63,688 bases of DNA, filler included, from Octopus bimaculoides (GCF_001194135.2; 10 parts of 10 records of this genome joined end to end with filler, not necessarily neighbours in it), one strand, 5' to 3'; shown: positions 1 through 12,610, counted from the whole stretch's first letter. Translations and numbers: made by a program. Notes: a model not told the origin generated them from the letters alone.

Positions 1-299
1 GATCTGTGAGGTAGACATTCAAACTGAGGTGGAGAGTGGTGGGAAGAAAGGCCTGATAGTAGTAGTGGTTATGGTTGTAGCAGTTGAATATTATGGCAAT
101 GATGATGATGATGATGGGTCAGTTGTAGTATTAAGAGAAAATGAAGAATGTGGATAGCTGGACAGTGAAGGGTTTTCATTATGGAGAATTCCCTTGGGAA
201 TTTTATGACTAGCTTCATTAGTATACATTTGGGACTTTTTATTTATATATTTTTGTCCTTTTGTTCTTATTTTGAGAACCTAACTTCAAGCAACTTTTT

Positions 300-432
300 A
301 CAGATCAGTTTTTAGACACTATTTTCTAAACCTGACAAAGTATGTAGGGGGTGCAAATTTTGATTTTGCAACCCCTAAAAATTTTAGGGGTAGTAAGAGC
401 ACCACCTGCACCCCCTGTTCCCGGGCCCTTGC
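300..432 (-). mobile_element. Possible hAT-type terminal fragment
   Basis: The minus strand reads caagggcccgggaacagggggtgcaggtggtgc, which resembles GC-rich hAT termini. No partner end found. Confidence 0.25.
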
Positions 433-828
433 GAACATTATAAAATAATATAAACTTGCATTATTTTTTTTCTCGAAGACGGAAATATCATTTTTTCTTT
501 TTGTCAGGAAGATTTGGCTGCTCTTTCTAGCAACTCGAGCGACCAGGTAGAGACTCTCTCGTTGCCTTGTCTCGTTCCCTTCGTCACTTGTTGTTTAGTC
601 TCGAGTTGGATCTGATTGAACAGATATGATTTAAGACGTCCCAACTGTGACTATTCCGCATTTCTTCCCAGACATAATGGACTCTACGTGTATATCACAG
701 GATAGAGGTTTTTCTATTCGGTATATAAAAAAAGTTTGGCTACTTTTTCTAGCAGGTCATGCAACCACATACAGGCTCCGTCTTTGGTCTGTCTCAGTAA
801 TAATTTTATTGTAATTTAGCCTCAAATC

Positions 829-1077
829 AACCCTGATACAGCAAACCTATGTTGCTATAAAAACATCTCTGGTTTTTAAAGAAGGGTTTTTACTCAAATA
901 CGACAACTTTAACACGAAATAACTTCTAAAATACAAAGTTTTGTCAAAAACGTTAAGAGTAAACCCTGATACAGCAAACCTATGTTGCTATAAAACCCTT
1001 CTACCTGTATCCGAAGTTTCAAAGTGTTTAGTTAAAAAGAGTTAATTAAAAATCTGGCCATCAAATTGAAAAGATCC
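829..1077 (+). mobile_element. Truncated copy (right end) of the GGATC-terminal Merlin-like MITE family
   Basis: Ends in aaagatcc. The subterminal tctacctgtatccgaagtttcaaagtgttt matches 5516-5550. Carries a 34-bp direct duplication (829-862 and 962-995). Confidence 0.6.
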
Positions 1078-1201
1078 TAATGCTAGTGTGTGTGTGTGTG
1101 TGTGTGTGTGTATACGAGCACACACACACACACACAATCATATACACACCTACATATATATACCTATTTAGAATATATTAATTTATTTGGCACTAAGTTA
1201 A

Positions 1202-1372
1202 CCCTTACATGCATGGACCGCACCGAAATTCTCTGAGATGTCCGTTGTGTGTGCAAAAAATCTTCCTACTATTATTTGAAGACGAATATGCATTGAACCG
1301 TAAAACGGAGCTTTGAACTTCTGTAGACACTCTGCTAGATACCTTCTGTGTTGCCAAACGATTCTATAAGGG
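1202..1372. mobile_element. piggyBac-like MITE
   Basis: TTAA|CCCTTA...TAAGGG|TAAC: CCC/GGG termini with one intact and one degenerate TTAA flank. Confidence 0.4.
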
Positions 1373-1530
1373 TAACCCAATTAAGCTTCGCTAAACGTTG
1401 ACGATCTTTTAAAATAGCCCTGTTCCTAATATATAACTAATTTTTGTTTCGTTTTTTGGCACTTTTTACACCGTGTTTCCCCACGTTTATCAACCTTTTC
1501 TTATACATTATTCCTTTTGTTATTTTAAAA

Positions 1531-1774
1531 CAGCGGTTCTCAACCGGGCTCTGTATGACCCTTGAAGGTCCATATAAGATTTTGTTGCTAAAGTTTATGT
1601 GCAATGAATTGGTTGTACTATTTAAATAAAATGTTTTATACAATTTCCAATAATATTTAATTATAAGAATATAATAGGAGTGTTTAAAGCATCAAATGGC
1701 TATGAGGGTCCACTTGAGTAAAATAAGATTCAAAGAGGGTCCATAGGTAAAAAAAAATATGCTAAGCAACACTA
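1531..1774. mobile_element. hAT-Charlie-type MITE
   Basis: Left terminus cagcggttctcaacc with a degenerate right terminus. Flanks are ttttaaaa and ttttaagc. Confidence 0.55.
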
Positions 1775-1836
1775 TTTTAAGCGATTCTTTTGGCCGTTTT
1801 ACGTATTGCATTATATCTACCGTGGTTTTCTCAACC

Positions 1837-1960
1837 GATTACAGGTAAGTTCACTACCATCAATTCATCGCAGGAGAGTTCACCGCCATCATTTCACCGT
1901 GAAGGAAGTTCATCGTGAGGAAAGTTCACTGCGCGGAAAGTTTACCGAGAAAATATATCC
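1837..1960 (+). mobile_element. MULE-type left terminal repeat with tandem ttcaccg/ggaaag subrepeats
   Basis: gattacaggtaagttcactaccatcaattc is also seen at 16077-16160. Its inverted counterparts are at 9620-9719 and 10055-10152. Confidence 0.65.
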
Positions 1961-2454
1961 ATAATATCTCACCATTAATAGTTAAAAACTATTTTATTGA
2001 AAAAAATAATTTAAAAAACACCCCGAAAGTAATGGGAATCAAAACGTGCAATCAGGAATTTTATCTTTTGGGTTAAAACATAGTATGTATTACTAAATAT
2101 GAAGAAAATAAGCTTAATTTTAAATTCGCACTTCTTTACAACATAAATCAACTCAAAAATAAATTTGCATTATTCAAAATCGTCTTTGACATTAAAAAGC
2201 TACTATAAAACTGAAAATTATGATAAAAAAATCTGTAATAAAAAAGTTTTAAAAATTTGTCAACTGGAGATTTCATCCGAATGCGTCACTATTTGAAGTT
2301 ATACAATCAAATCGTTAAACACAGAAAGCAAGAGGTTTTGTCTTGAATTATGATATATATAAAATAACTACAACACAGAAAATAATGTTGAAAAAATTAG
2401 ATATTTTTTATCAAAGAAAATATGCTTCAAATATTTCTAATAACATAAAAAGTA

Positions 2455-3130
2455 TAACTACCTAGACAACCATGACCTAAGTAGATTCTGTCCCACCAGG
2501 TTACAGAGAGGAAGACCACTCGCCATCACTTCGGCAGTGAAGAAAAGCACCACAGAACGCTGGAGTGGTTGGACCATATCCACCCAGGACCCTGAGAACA
2601 ACAATCAAGTGAAAATAATGATTGCGCATGATATAGGAGCTAGCGTAAAAATCACTTTGAAGAACCACATAGTGAAGTTTGACAGGAAACTATACATGCA
2701 GGTTCAAGGTGCAGCCATTGGTGTCGGTGTGGCTGGAAATGTGGCTGGCCTCTTCATGACCAGGTGGGACAGAAAACAAACAATCCTTAGCTGAACAATC
2801 CACAGTTGTGTTGCTTTACTGTAGGTATGTAGATGACATTAATATTCTAGTTAGGACAAACCCTAGTAAATGTAGTGTAGAAACTGAGAGGAGCATAATG
2901 GAGAGCATCCAGCATGTAGCTAATTCCATCCACCAAGGTATCACGGTAACGATTACCCCACTATGTACCCTGATAATAGACACACTGTCCTTGATACTGA
3001 ACTTTGGTTAGATACTATAAACAACAGAGTGCAGCTTTTCCACTCTTATTACATGAAACCCAAAGCTTCTAAATATGTTGTTCACAGGAACTCAGCTTTG
3101 TAACACAATACGAAAATCAACATACTAATG
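2455..3130 (+). mobile_element. Penelope-like element, reverse transcriptase remnant
   Basis: KFDRKLYMQVQGAAIGVGVAGNVAGLFMTRWD, RYVDDI and YYMKPKAS motifs, broken by stops and frameshifts. Confidence 0.85.
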
Positions 3131-3639
3131 CTATTTTGAATTGTTGTTTAAAACTCTTTGTAGCTTAGTTATGAAAGAATTAGATAATACAATTTTTATG
3201 TTGTAAACTTTCTGCGACAGTTATCTTTTGACTTCTCTTGCAAAAATGTATTGTAAATATTATTAAATGTACGTAAATAGATTAATTTAGTATATGATTT
3301 CTTTATCTTCATTTCTTCAACCTGTTGATGAAATTTATTTCTGTAATTATTGAAACTGTTACTATAACGTTGAAAAAGAGTGAGCTTGTTAATATTCAAC
3401 ATACATGCACGTTCAGCGTCCTGGTGCATATAACTCACCACAGCGTTTACATAGTTTGAGCTAGAATTTATGTATGGTGATTAAATACTTATAATTAAGT
3501 TATAAGTGACTGACTTATCACCACAGATTCCCGCTAAAGAAGTATTTATATTTATCATATTTTCAAGTCGAACACGTTATAAACAGATCAAATTATCTAA
3601 TTGTTATAGTCTTCCACTATTATAAATTGCCACTCGTCC

Positions 3640-3915
3640 CTTTTTCTCTGTATACACCGTTATAACAGCATAAAGTGCATAGAAAGTGCTTGTAAAGACA
3701 AGAACACGGTATACATTGCAGAAACGTCTAGAAGTCTTGCGCAGAGATTAAATGTACACTTGAGGGAATATGATAACAAAAAACAATCTTCCATACTCTA
3801 CGAACATGCCAAAGAACAGCATGGGGGTACTCTGGGCCAACTTGACATCTGCATTTTATCCAAACACCCGAAGGACCCATCACTCAGACAAATTACAAGG
3901 AGTACGTCCTCATAA
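3640..3915 (+). mobile_element. Penelope-like element, GIY-YIG endonuclease remnant
   Basis: IKCIESACKDKNTVYIAETSRSLAQRLNVHLREYDNKKQSSILYEHAKEQHGG...DPSLRQI. Confidence 0.8.
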
Positions 3916-4019
3916 ATGAAACGTTCGCCGTACTAAATAGGAAATACCACGTAGAAGGTAGTGATACACCAATACCCACAGAATATACATGAGTACATTT
4001 GCTAGTAGGCTGTTATGAA

Positions 4020-4068
<49 letters not shown>

Positions 4069-4361
4069 ATATGTATATATATGTGTGTGTATATATATAT
4101 ATATATGTGTATGTATATATGTATAGGTAGGTAGGTAAATGGATATGTAGGTAAACAGATAGATACATAGGTAAGTAAATAGATAGGTACATAGGTAATA
4201 CGGACAGACGCACGCTCGCGCACGCACGCACACACACACACAGACACACACACAGACACACACACACATTCAAACACAAGCATGCATACACAAACATGAA
4301 TATGTAGAATACATACATACATGCATGCATACATACATACATACATACATACATACATACA

Positions 4362-4660
4362 TACAAGTTCAGGCTTTTACCTATAATTATTGGGGCCCTG
4401 GGATATGTAACGCACTGCCTAATCTTGAGAAATTAGGCTTCTCAAAACCAGAAAGGAAAAAGCTAATTCGAAGATTACAGATTCAATCCATCACTGGAAC
4501 TGTAAAAATCTGTAAAATTTTCCAGAAGTTTATCATTTAAATATATATGAGCAGGATTAAATATGTAACTATTTGCATGAGAATACATGCATAAAGCAAA
4601 GCATACAAACCTGCAAACATACATACATACATACATACATACATACATACATACATACAA
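4362..4660 (+). mobile_element. 3' end of an R4/Dong-like (restriction-like endonuclease) LINE embedded in (CATA)n
   Basis: [59 protein letters not shown] (stop at 4540), then a short 3'UTR. (CATA)n lies on both sides. Confidence 0.75.
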
Positions 4661-4913
4661 ACATACCCTGTTGTTGATGTTGAAATTCCAATGAAGGAGC
4701 CTTGGATCTAGATTAGAATCCGGCTCTTTCTCTATTGGCAAGAAATCTCGAAATAAAACTGAACAATGACATACATGCATACACACACACATACATCATA
4801 TATACATACATACATACATACATACATACATACATACATACATAAGTGCATGCACAAGCACTTATGCACGCTGATGCACACACATGCGCACAAAAAGACA
4901 AAAATCAACGCAG

Positions 4914-5586
4914 GGATCTTTCTGATTTGACGGGCAACACTTTTCATTTATGTTTTTTTATGTTTTATGTAGTGTTTTTGGTACCGAAACACTTTAAAAC
5001 TTCGTATACTTGTATATTTTGTGTTATAGAACAGATACAAATTTTTGTATTCGAAGTTATTTCATGTAAAAAAATTGTCATATTTCGGTAATTTCAACCA
5101 ATCACTGACGTCTATTGAGGTGAAAACAATTACTGCCGTGGAATGTAAACAACATGTTCTAACGGTGTCATGGGATCTTTTCCCTTGAATAAAATTAGTG
5201 CCGTAGTTTGTCAACAACAACTATCCGTGGTACTGTTATTTATGACATCGTTCGTGCGTTTGTACTGGNNNNNNNNNNCTAACCCTAAAACCCTAAACCC
5301 TTACTAGGGAATAATGATATAATTAAACAGGGAATAACACTTTTGACACCGGCAAAAATTATTGTTTACAAAAACAGCAGTAACTGTATTCAGCTGAATA
5401 GACGTCAGTGATTGGTTGAAATTACAGAAATACGACAACTTTAACATGAAATAACTTGGAATGTAGAAATTTTTGTTAAGAAGGCTAAGAGAAAAAGATG
5501 TTTTATATGACACATTCTACCAGTATCCCAAGTTTGAAAGTGTTTCGTTAAGAAAACAAGTGGTACCCGTCAAATCAGAAAGATCC
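4914..5586. mobile_element. Merlin-like MITE, complete
   Basis: Perfect 21-bp TIR ggatctttctgatttgacggg, 8-bp TSD caacgcag/aaacgcag, and internal CCCTAA-like repeats at 5279-5302. GG termini with an 8-bp TSD are typical of Merlin/IS1016. Confidence 0.75.
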
Positions 5587-5942
5587 AAACGCAGCTCCAA
5601 TAATAGACAGAATCAACATCCATTACAAAAGCAACGAAAATTTTGGAAGAAAAATATAAATAATGAATGAGTTAAAATCGAATCGGTGAGTGTGTTAGAT
5701 AATAAGGCATTTACACAATATGACTCTCCCCAGACACAACATAATTTGCGTCAACAGACGAATTCACATAAAGAATCTTGGAAACCAGATATAAAAACGA
5801 AATGAAAAGTATAATTATATGAAAAAACTGGAAATAAATTTAGAATAAAAGTTGAGAGAAGAGGGGAAGTGAAAGGCGCGTTATTTACATTAAATTTTTT
5901 TTTTAAATTGTACGAAATTATTTTTTTTTCTATCCAAGCCAT

Positions 5943-6661
5943 ATGAAGAAATTTATTTACATTGAAACGGAAAGGCGAAATAAAAACTTTGCGTTGCGGG
6001 CCATCTATTTTACAAGGAGAGACAAGTTCATGCCAAAACGTTTTGGAAGTGTGAACTATACAGGAAAACTAAATGTCGTGCGCGGATTCGTATAGTTGAG
6101 GATGAAATCGTTAATGTTTTGAATGATCATAATCCTACTGGTGGATGCGAGAAAAAACTGAAGTTGAAAAATTATGCCAAAAAATTCGTACGCACGCAGA
6201 GGAATCCGCAAATTCTCCTTATGTTATATTATCATCTACTTTTGGGAAATGTAGTCAGTCTACAGTAGGTAATCTTCCAAGTATTGATAACCTAAAAAGA
6301 ATGATGCGAAATATTAGACAAAAAGCATGTGCAAGCCGAACGCTGCCACAGCATCGCAAAGATATTACTTTTGCCAATGGCATCACAAAATTATCAAGTT
6401 GTGAAAACTTTTTGTACTTTTGATTCTGGAAATGTAGATGACCGCATTTTGATATTTACGACGCAACGAAATCTTCACTCAGTAATGAGAAGCGAGCATT
6501 GGTACGCAAATGGGACATTTGTTATTTACCCAATTATATACTTTTCACAGCTTGAAAGAAAACATTTCAATAGCACCAGTGTTTACCTTATTGCCTGATA
6601 AAACTGAAAATCCATGCAAAACATTTTTAGAAAACAAAAAAATTCGAATCATCGTTTAGTC
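5943..6661 (+). pseudogene. FLYWCH-MULE transposase, 5' part (frameshifted)
   Basis: GHLFYKERQVHAKTFWKCELYRKTKCRARIRIVEDEIVNVLNDHN (FLYWCH), followed by the MULE core FDSGNVDDRILIFTT...HWYANGTF. Confidence 0.85.
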
Positions 6662-8753
6662 CGGTGGCTCTTAACCTTTTTACCACCACGCCTCCCTAGG
6701 AATTTGTCCTTCTCTCCATGCCCTATGTTCAGATTTCATATCTTTACACAACAGTTTGAAAAGACAACCTTGATAGCCACGTTCAGGACATTTCTCATTT
6801 CAGTAGGCAAGGTTCTGGATGCTAAGGTTTCACGATGAAGTATACACCGTGTACCTAAAACAGATGGATTTTTTTTTTCTCTCACCCTAGTAATGAATCC
6901 AGACTGCAGATCAAGCATGGCTGGAGCTCCATCAGTGTACCAGCGAATCCCACGAAAGTTGGTTTTCCTGAAAGAAGTTTGATACATCACGAAAAATAAC
7001 TGCTGCTATTGTACAACTATCCATAGGGTGACAGAACATTTCCTCTTTTATACAGTTGCCTGACACAAAACGAACATATACCAGTAACTGAGAACACTGA
7101 GCGATGTCAGTCGCTACGTCACACTGGATGGCAAAAACAGGAGAATCTCTTACTTGGTCGACTATTTGACCTTTGTTGTTTTGAGATAAGTCGTCGATCC
7201 TTCCTTTGACTGTATCGTTTGATAGTGAAATCCGGGAAAGCTTGTTTGCACTACCTTTCCCCAGAACGAGTTTTGCTGCACAGACTAGACTTGGTTTTAT
7301 GAGACTCTCTGATGTTATGGCTCTTCTTGCTCTTTGCAATCAATATGGCGATCTCATAGGAAGCCTCAACAACCATTGAAATTTGTTGCTGAAATGCCCC
7401 ACTACCATCCAACTTAGCTTGCTTCAAGGAATATCTTTTTGTTTCAAAGAATGCATTGGGCTTGTCTGCAAGAGCAGGATGTGTTGTCCTCAAGTGGCAT
7501 TCCAAGCGTGAGGGTCGCATTTCATCATTGTTCAAAATTTTGTAACATATCACACCCTGAGGGAATTGTGTATCACCCTTTTGGAGGGACACGAATCTAA
7601 ATCGAATATATTCGTCAAGATACTTCCGTTTCTTTGCAGTCATCGCGAATTATTTGATGTGCAGTGGACAACACAAATATGTAAACAAAAGATAAGACAC
7701 GTGTAAGGTAATGTCAAGGCCCAAGCTAGAAAGCTGGGAGAAAAAGTTCTGAAAGAAATTAAAACAAAAAAATTTGGAATAAGAGCTAAATTATACGAAA
7801 ATTATAAGAAAAGTTATACGAAAAATTTGTACAATAAAATATTGTATCTATTTGTACGAAAATATAAAACAAAGTTTCTTTAAAAAAAAAAAAAGATTTT
7901 GCATAGTACCTTTGTATAGTTTTACCTAGTACTTTCTGTAATATTTAAATCTGAATTTTAGTTTAACATTTGGCTATATATTATGATGTTTTTCTTACAA
8001 AAAATTTACTATATTTTTAATATAAACATCTAATATTAACAATTTTGGTTTTATTGTTAAAATCTTTTATTTTTCCAATCTGTGTTTTAATTTTTTTGGA
8101 GACTTTATTAAATTGATCAATAGTAGAACCTATTACATACATTTTGTCTTATCTCCTATTTTCAAATATATCATACTTTTTATCTTGCTAAAATTTTAAA
8201 ATAGTTTTCAATTTTTTAAATTAAGTTAATATTTCTTAGTATGTTACTATAATGATTTGATAATGTTTCAGCATGTCTCTTGATTTTTAAGAATCACATT
8301 ATTTCATATATATGAAAACTGTGGATCAAGCTTGCTTATAATCTATTTACTGAAAAAGATGTTTGGCTTTACACGATAATAATATCTAAGCTTTATACCA
8401 GTGGTTCTTAACCTAAGTCTTGTTATAACAAAAAAAAAAAAAAAAAAAAAATTACAAAATAAAGGCAAATGCTAAAGCTACAACTCAGAATTAATGAGGG
8501 TTTTGAAGGATATGAAGCGGGGTCAATAAGTAAAGAAAATGGTAAGTGGCGCTAAGATAGAATAAAAAAACTAAAGGTATAAGGCAATACTTTTGCATTT
8601 TTTCATAAACTTCTCATTATTTGATCATGCTCTCATTACGAGAATAACAAATATAATTAGAGAAATTACTGCTTTTTCTCAAGGGCTCGCCCCACCCCTG
8701 GAAATTACTGATGCCCCACTTGGGGACGCGCCCCTCCAGGTTAAGAACCACTG
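6662..8753 (-). mobile_element. hAT Charlie/Buster-type element (ZBED8/SCAND3/FAM200-like transposase, C-terminally deleted) inserted in the MULE transposase
   Basis: 15-bp TIRs cggtggctcttaacc and cagtggttcttaacc, and TSD gtttagtc/gtctagtc. Frameshifted ORF from ATG 7643: KRKYLDEYIRF, MRPSRLECHL, SLSNDTVKGRI, FAIQCDVATDIAQCSQLLVYVRF, TDGAPAM, CILHRETLA. Confidence 0.92.
8399..8554. mobile_element. Small hAT MITE nested in the Charlie 5' region
   Basis: A second cagtggttcttaacc terminus at 8399 and a degenerate opposite end near 8540-8554. No clear TSD. Confidence 0.35.
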
Positions 8754-8761
8754 GTCTAGTC

Positions 8762-9429
8762 CCTTATCAATCACTATAGATTTTGTGAATGCAATGATTA
8801 AAGCATGCCGTAACATTTTTCCAATCAGTAATCCTAGATGTTTTTTTTCGTTTTTCGCAGTGCCTTGTCCGAAAAATCCAAGCTTGCGGACTTAAACAAA
8901 AATATGGAATAGACGCTGAGTTTGCTTTAAAAATGCGAATGTTGTGTGCTCTGGCTTTTGTCCCAGTACAAAAAGTTGTTGATGCTTTCAAAACGCTGTG
9001 TAATGATGACATTTTCCTTTCAGAGACTCAAGACATTATTGATTATTTTGAAGACCTGGATAGGGCGTCCAGACAGAAGACAACGTCGCAGACACACTAA
9101 ATATCCCCTCGAAATGTGGAATATTTACTCTTCTGTCAGAGGTAATTTACCAAAAACTAATAATAATGTTGAAGGGAAGCATAGGGCCTTTGAGGAGAAA
9201 ATGACGTCTTGTCATTCCAATATATGGAAGTTTTTGGAGTGCATAAAAAAAGAACAAAAGCTAACTGAAATTAAAATTGAACGGTACACTTCTGGAGAAG
9301 CTCTTAAAACAGGACGAAAAGCCTACGTTGCTTTTGCTGTGCAAATTCAAAGACTCGATCAAAGTTACAACGAAAATAAACTGTATCCGTGACTATTTGC
9401 GTGGAATAGCGCATAACATCACTTATTAG
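8762..9429 (+). pseudogene. FLYWCH-MULE transposase, 3' part
   Basis: PLSITIDFVNAMIKACRNIFP, ALAFVP, DYFE.TWIG, YPLEMWNIY, PKTNNNVEGKHRAF, HSNIWKFL and YLRGIAHNITY*. Confidence 0.88.
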
Positions 9430-9619
9430 AAATCTGGTTTACTTATTTGATTAAACTCATTAATCTTTAAAATTTTGTTCATTAAATTGATTGATTAAAC
9501 CCATTTAATTTTTGAATAAATTGATGATAAGGTTCATTTTCTTCTTTTTTTTTTACTGTGAAATTTCCTATTCGTTGATTAAACACTTTAGAGTTCGAAA
9601 ATTAGATTTTTTAATTCTT

Positions 9620-9719
9620 TTGCTGTGAACTTATCTCTCCGTATACTTTCCTCGCAGTGAACATTCCTTACGGTGAGCTTTTCTTGCGGAGAATTGATGA
9701 CGGGGAACTTACCGGACCC
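9620..9719 (-). mobile_element. MULE right terminal repeat (a second copy at 10055-10152 runs into a gap)
   Basis: Reverse complement gggtccggtaagttccccgtcatcaattc matches the core of the 1837-1960 repeat. Confidence 0.7.
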
Positions 9720-9720
9720 A

Positions 9721-9950
9721 GTACGCAGCAGATGCTAAACAATTAGAAACACTGCTACAGAGAATATATGGTTTTAGTAGAGGAAATGATATGAAATTCG
9801 GCGTGACAAATGCATCAAGGCAACCTTGATTTAAAAAAAATAATAATAATCAAATATTGAACACTTCGTAGGCCACCGAGCTTTACTCGGCAGTACAGTG
9901 AGAGTACACAAAAATAAGCTACTGAAAAGTAATGATGATGATGCTGATGA
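9721..9950 (+). mobile_element. R4/Dong-like LINE RT fragment and tail
   Basis: YAADAKQLETLLQRIYGFSRGNDMKFG resembles the segment after the DD motif in R4-clade RTs. Ends in (TGA)n. Confidence 0.45.
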
Positions 9951-9972
9951 TAGTAGTAGTAGTAGTAGTAGT

Positions 9973-10045
<73 letters not shown>
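9950..10045. repeat. (TAG)n/(CAG)n microsatellite
   Basis: Seen directly. Confidence 0.95.
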
Positions 10046-10329
10046 TAATTATTCTTTTACCTTGAACTTATCTCTCCGTAAACTTTCCTTGTGGTGAACT
10101 TTCTTCGCAGTGAACATTCCATTCGGTGAACTTTCCCCGCGGTGAACAGATGANNNNNNNNNNNNNNNNNNNNNNNNNNNNNNNNNNNNNNNNNNNNTTA
10201 ATTAATTAANNNNNNNNNNNNNNNNNNNNNNNNNNNNNNNNNNNNNNNNNNNNACGTGCGGCTCATACACTCCTCTCCGTACACTTTTTGCAACTTTGCG
10301 TAGGCCTTTGAGCAGGTATCACCATGACA

Positions 10330-10525
10330 ACTTTCTCTGTCGTGGTCAATACGACGATCACACGCTACAAACCTTCAAAAGGTTGCCAAAAGAAATTTTA
10401 GAAAAAATAAATAAGTAAATGAGTGGAAATCGAACCGGTGAGTGTGTTAATTAATAAGGCATTAAAATGGAATGACTTTCCCCAGACACAATAAAATATG
10501 CTTCAACACACGAGTTCACAGCATG
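10330..10525 (+). repeat. Unclassified interspersed repeat, homologous to 5620-5770
   Basis: Shared aaatcgaa.cggtgagtgtgtta..taataaggcatt...atgact.tccccagacacaa. Confidence 0.6.
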
Positions 10526-10578
10526 GCCACAGTCTAATGACTGAAATAAATAAAAAATTTTAAAAAAAAGAGAATTAA

Positions 10579-10749
10579 GGATGTGTCCAACTGCCAAACG
10601 GAACTCGAGATTGCTATAGAAACCACCGGGGATACTATTACAAATGAGCACCGGTACAATTTGGTTTCCTCGGTGCCAAGGTGGATTTAGGCAGATATTG
10701 AAACCAAAGTAGTTCCAACGAAACATGAAATGACATTCTGTGCCCATCC
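10579..10749. mobile_element. Kolobok-like MITE
   Basis: TTAA|GGATGTG...GCCCATCC|TTCA: inverted termini with TTAA-type flanks. Confidence 0.45.
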
Positions 10750-11089
10750 TTCAATTCTAATAAAATTGTTTTATTGTAAGAAGTTTTGAAAGCTTAGGCA
10801 TTATATTTATTATACTTTTTATATTTTGTGTATATTTTTAAAGGATTCTTGAATGCCAAAACCATAATTGATGTTTTATATAAACAAAATATTGGAAATA
10901 GATGAGTTTAGATAGATTGAGTTTAATACAATTGAACATTTGACGGTCCAAATTAATTGGCGATGAACAGCCAGCTTTTCGCATAATACTCTGTTTTTGA
11001 AAAGCACCTTTCCCAACCCTTCTCTATCTCTGTGCCACACACAGACACACATACACACAAAATATATATAGACACATCCATATATGTAC

Positions 11090-11137
<48 letters not shown>

Positions 11138-11613
11138 TTTGTGTATGTATATATATATATACATATACATATATATTATACACATGTATATATATATATA
11201 TGTGTGTGTATATATGTAAGTGTGTGTATATATAGATATATGTGACCATCCCCANNNNNNNNNNNNNNNNNNNNNNNNNNNNNNNNNNNNNNNNNNNNNN
11301 NNNNNNNNNNNNNNNNNNNNNNNNNNNNNNNNNNNNNNNNNNNNNNNNNNNNNNNNNNNNNNNNNNNNNNNNNNNNNNNNNNNNNNNNNNNNNNNNNNNN
11401 NNNNNNNNNNNNNNNNNNNNNNNNNNNNNNNNNNNNNNNNNNNNNNNNNNNNNNNNNNNNNNNNNNNNNNNNNNNNNNNNNNNNNNNNNNNNNNNNNNNN
11501 NNNNNNNNNNNNNNNNNNNNNNNNNNNNNNNNNNNNNNNNNNNNNNNNNNNNNNNNNNNNNNNNNNNNNNNNNNNNNNNNNNNNNNNNNNNNNNNNNNNN
11601 NNNNNNNNATATA

Positions 11614-11644
<31 letters not shown>

Positions 11645-11786
11645 CCATATATATACACATATATATACATACATATATACATATATTTACACATATATAT
11701 ACATATATACATATACATATATATACACATATATATGCATACATACATATATATATACATATATATACATACATATNNNNNNNNNN

Positions 11787-11836
<50 letters not shown>

Positions 11837-12060
11837 GAATAAACATACATGCGCGTATGCATGTATATATATATGTGTGTGTGTGTGTGTATACATATGT
11901 ATATATGTATATATATATGTATATGTATATATGTATATATATTTATATATGTGTGTGTATACATATAAGTATGTATATATGCATATCTATTAATTATATA
12001 TTTATATATATGTATATGCGTATATATATGTATATATATTTATGTATATATATGTATGTG

Positions 12061-12095
<35 letters not shown>

Positions 12096-12610
12096 TATAT
12101 ACAAAGATACACACACATACATATAATACACATACAACATACATATACTTATTGTACATATACAGCACACAGACACACACGCACACATATGTAAATTATG
12201 ATTGTAAGGCTTGTAAAATATATCAAAAATATATTCTATATATTGCAAATAGAAACTGACACAGAATGTAATACGCTTGATAGAGTGGACAGAGATAATT
12301 ATTATATAACAATCTGACAATCTACTCAATTTCGCGCCTTGGCTGTGGAGTGAAACTCACGGTTGGCTGTCAGCTTTTTTTATATAATAAGCACACATGA
12401 ATGCATGCATACACATGTATTGCAAAAGATTATATATATTTATATACCTATATGTGTATGTATATAATAGATCATATACATATATGGCAACCTTTTACCA
12501 AAGATTTTTGGTACTGGATTTCTAAAGACTATTTTGAGAAGCCATTATCGGCGAAACACCAAACTAAGTACACACATACACACATACACACATACACACA
12601 CACAACTATA

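Noticed and set aside
1-290. Ser/Thr/Pro-rich minus-strand frame at the window start
   Set aside because: Interrupted by two stops. Probably a decayed retroelement ORF, and not assignable.
10198-10209. Recurrent TTAATTAATTAA inside N-runs (also 23618, 39837, 42376, 47189, 49051, 51295, 57053, 62184)
   Set aside because: Always centred in gaps and provides stops in all frames. It is an assembly pad, not biology.
11024-12126. Long ORF-track entries rich in YI/CV/TH or X (also 18.5-19.4, 37.9-38.9, 40.4-41.3, 47.2-47.7 and 60.2-61.5 kb)
   Set aside because: Translations of (TA)n, (CA)n and (TATG)n microsatellites and of N-gaps.
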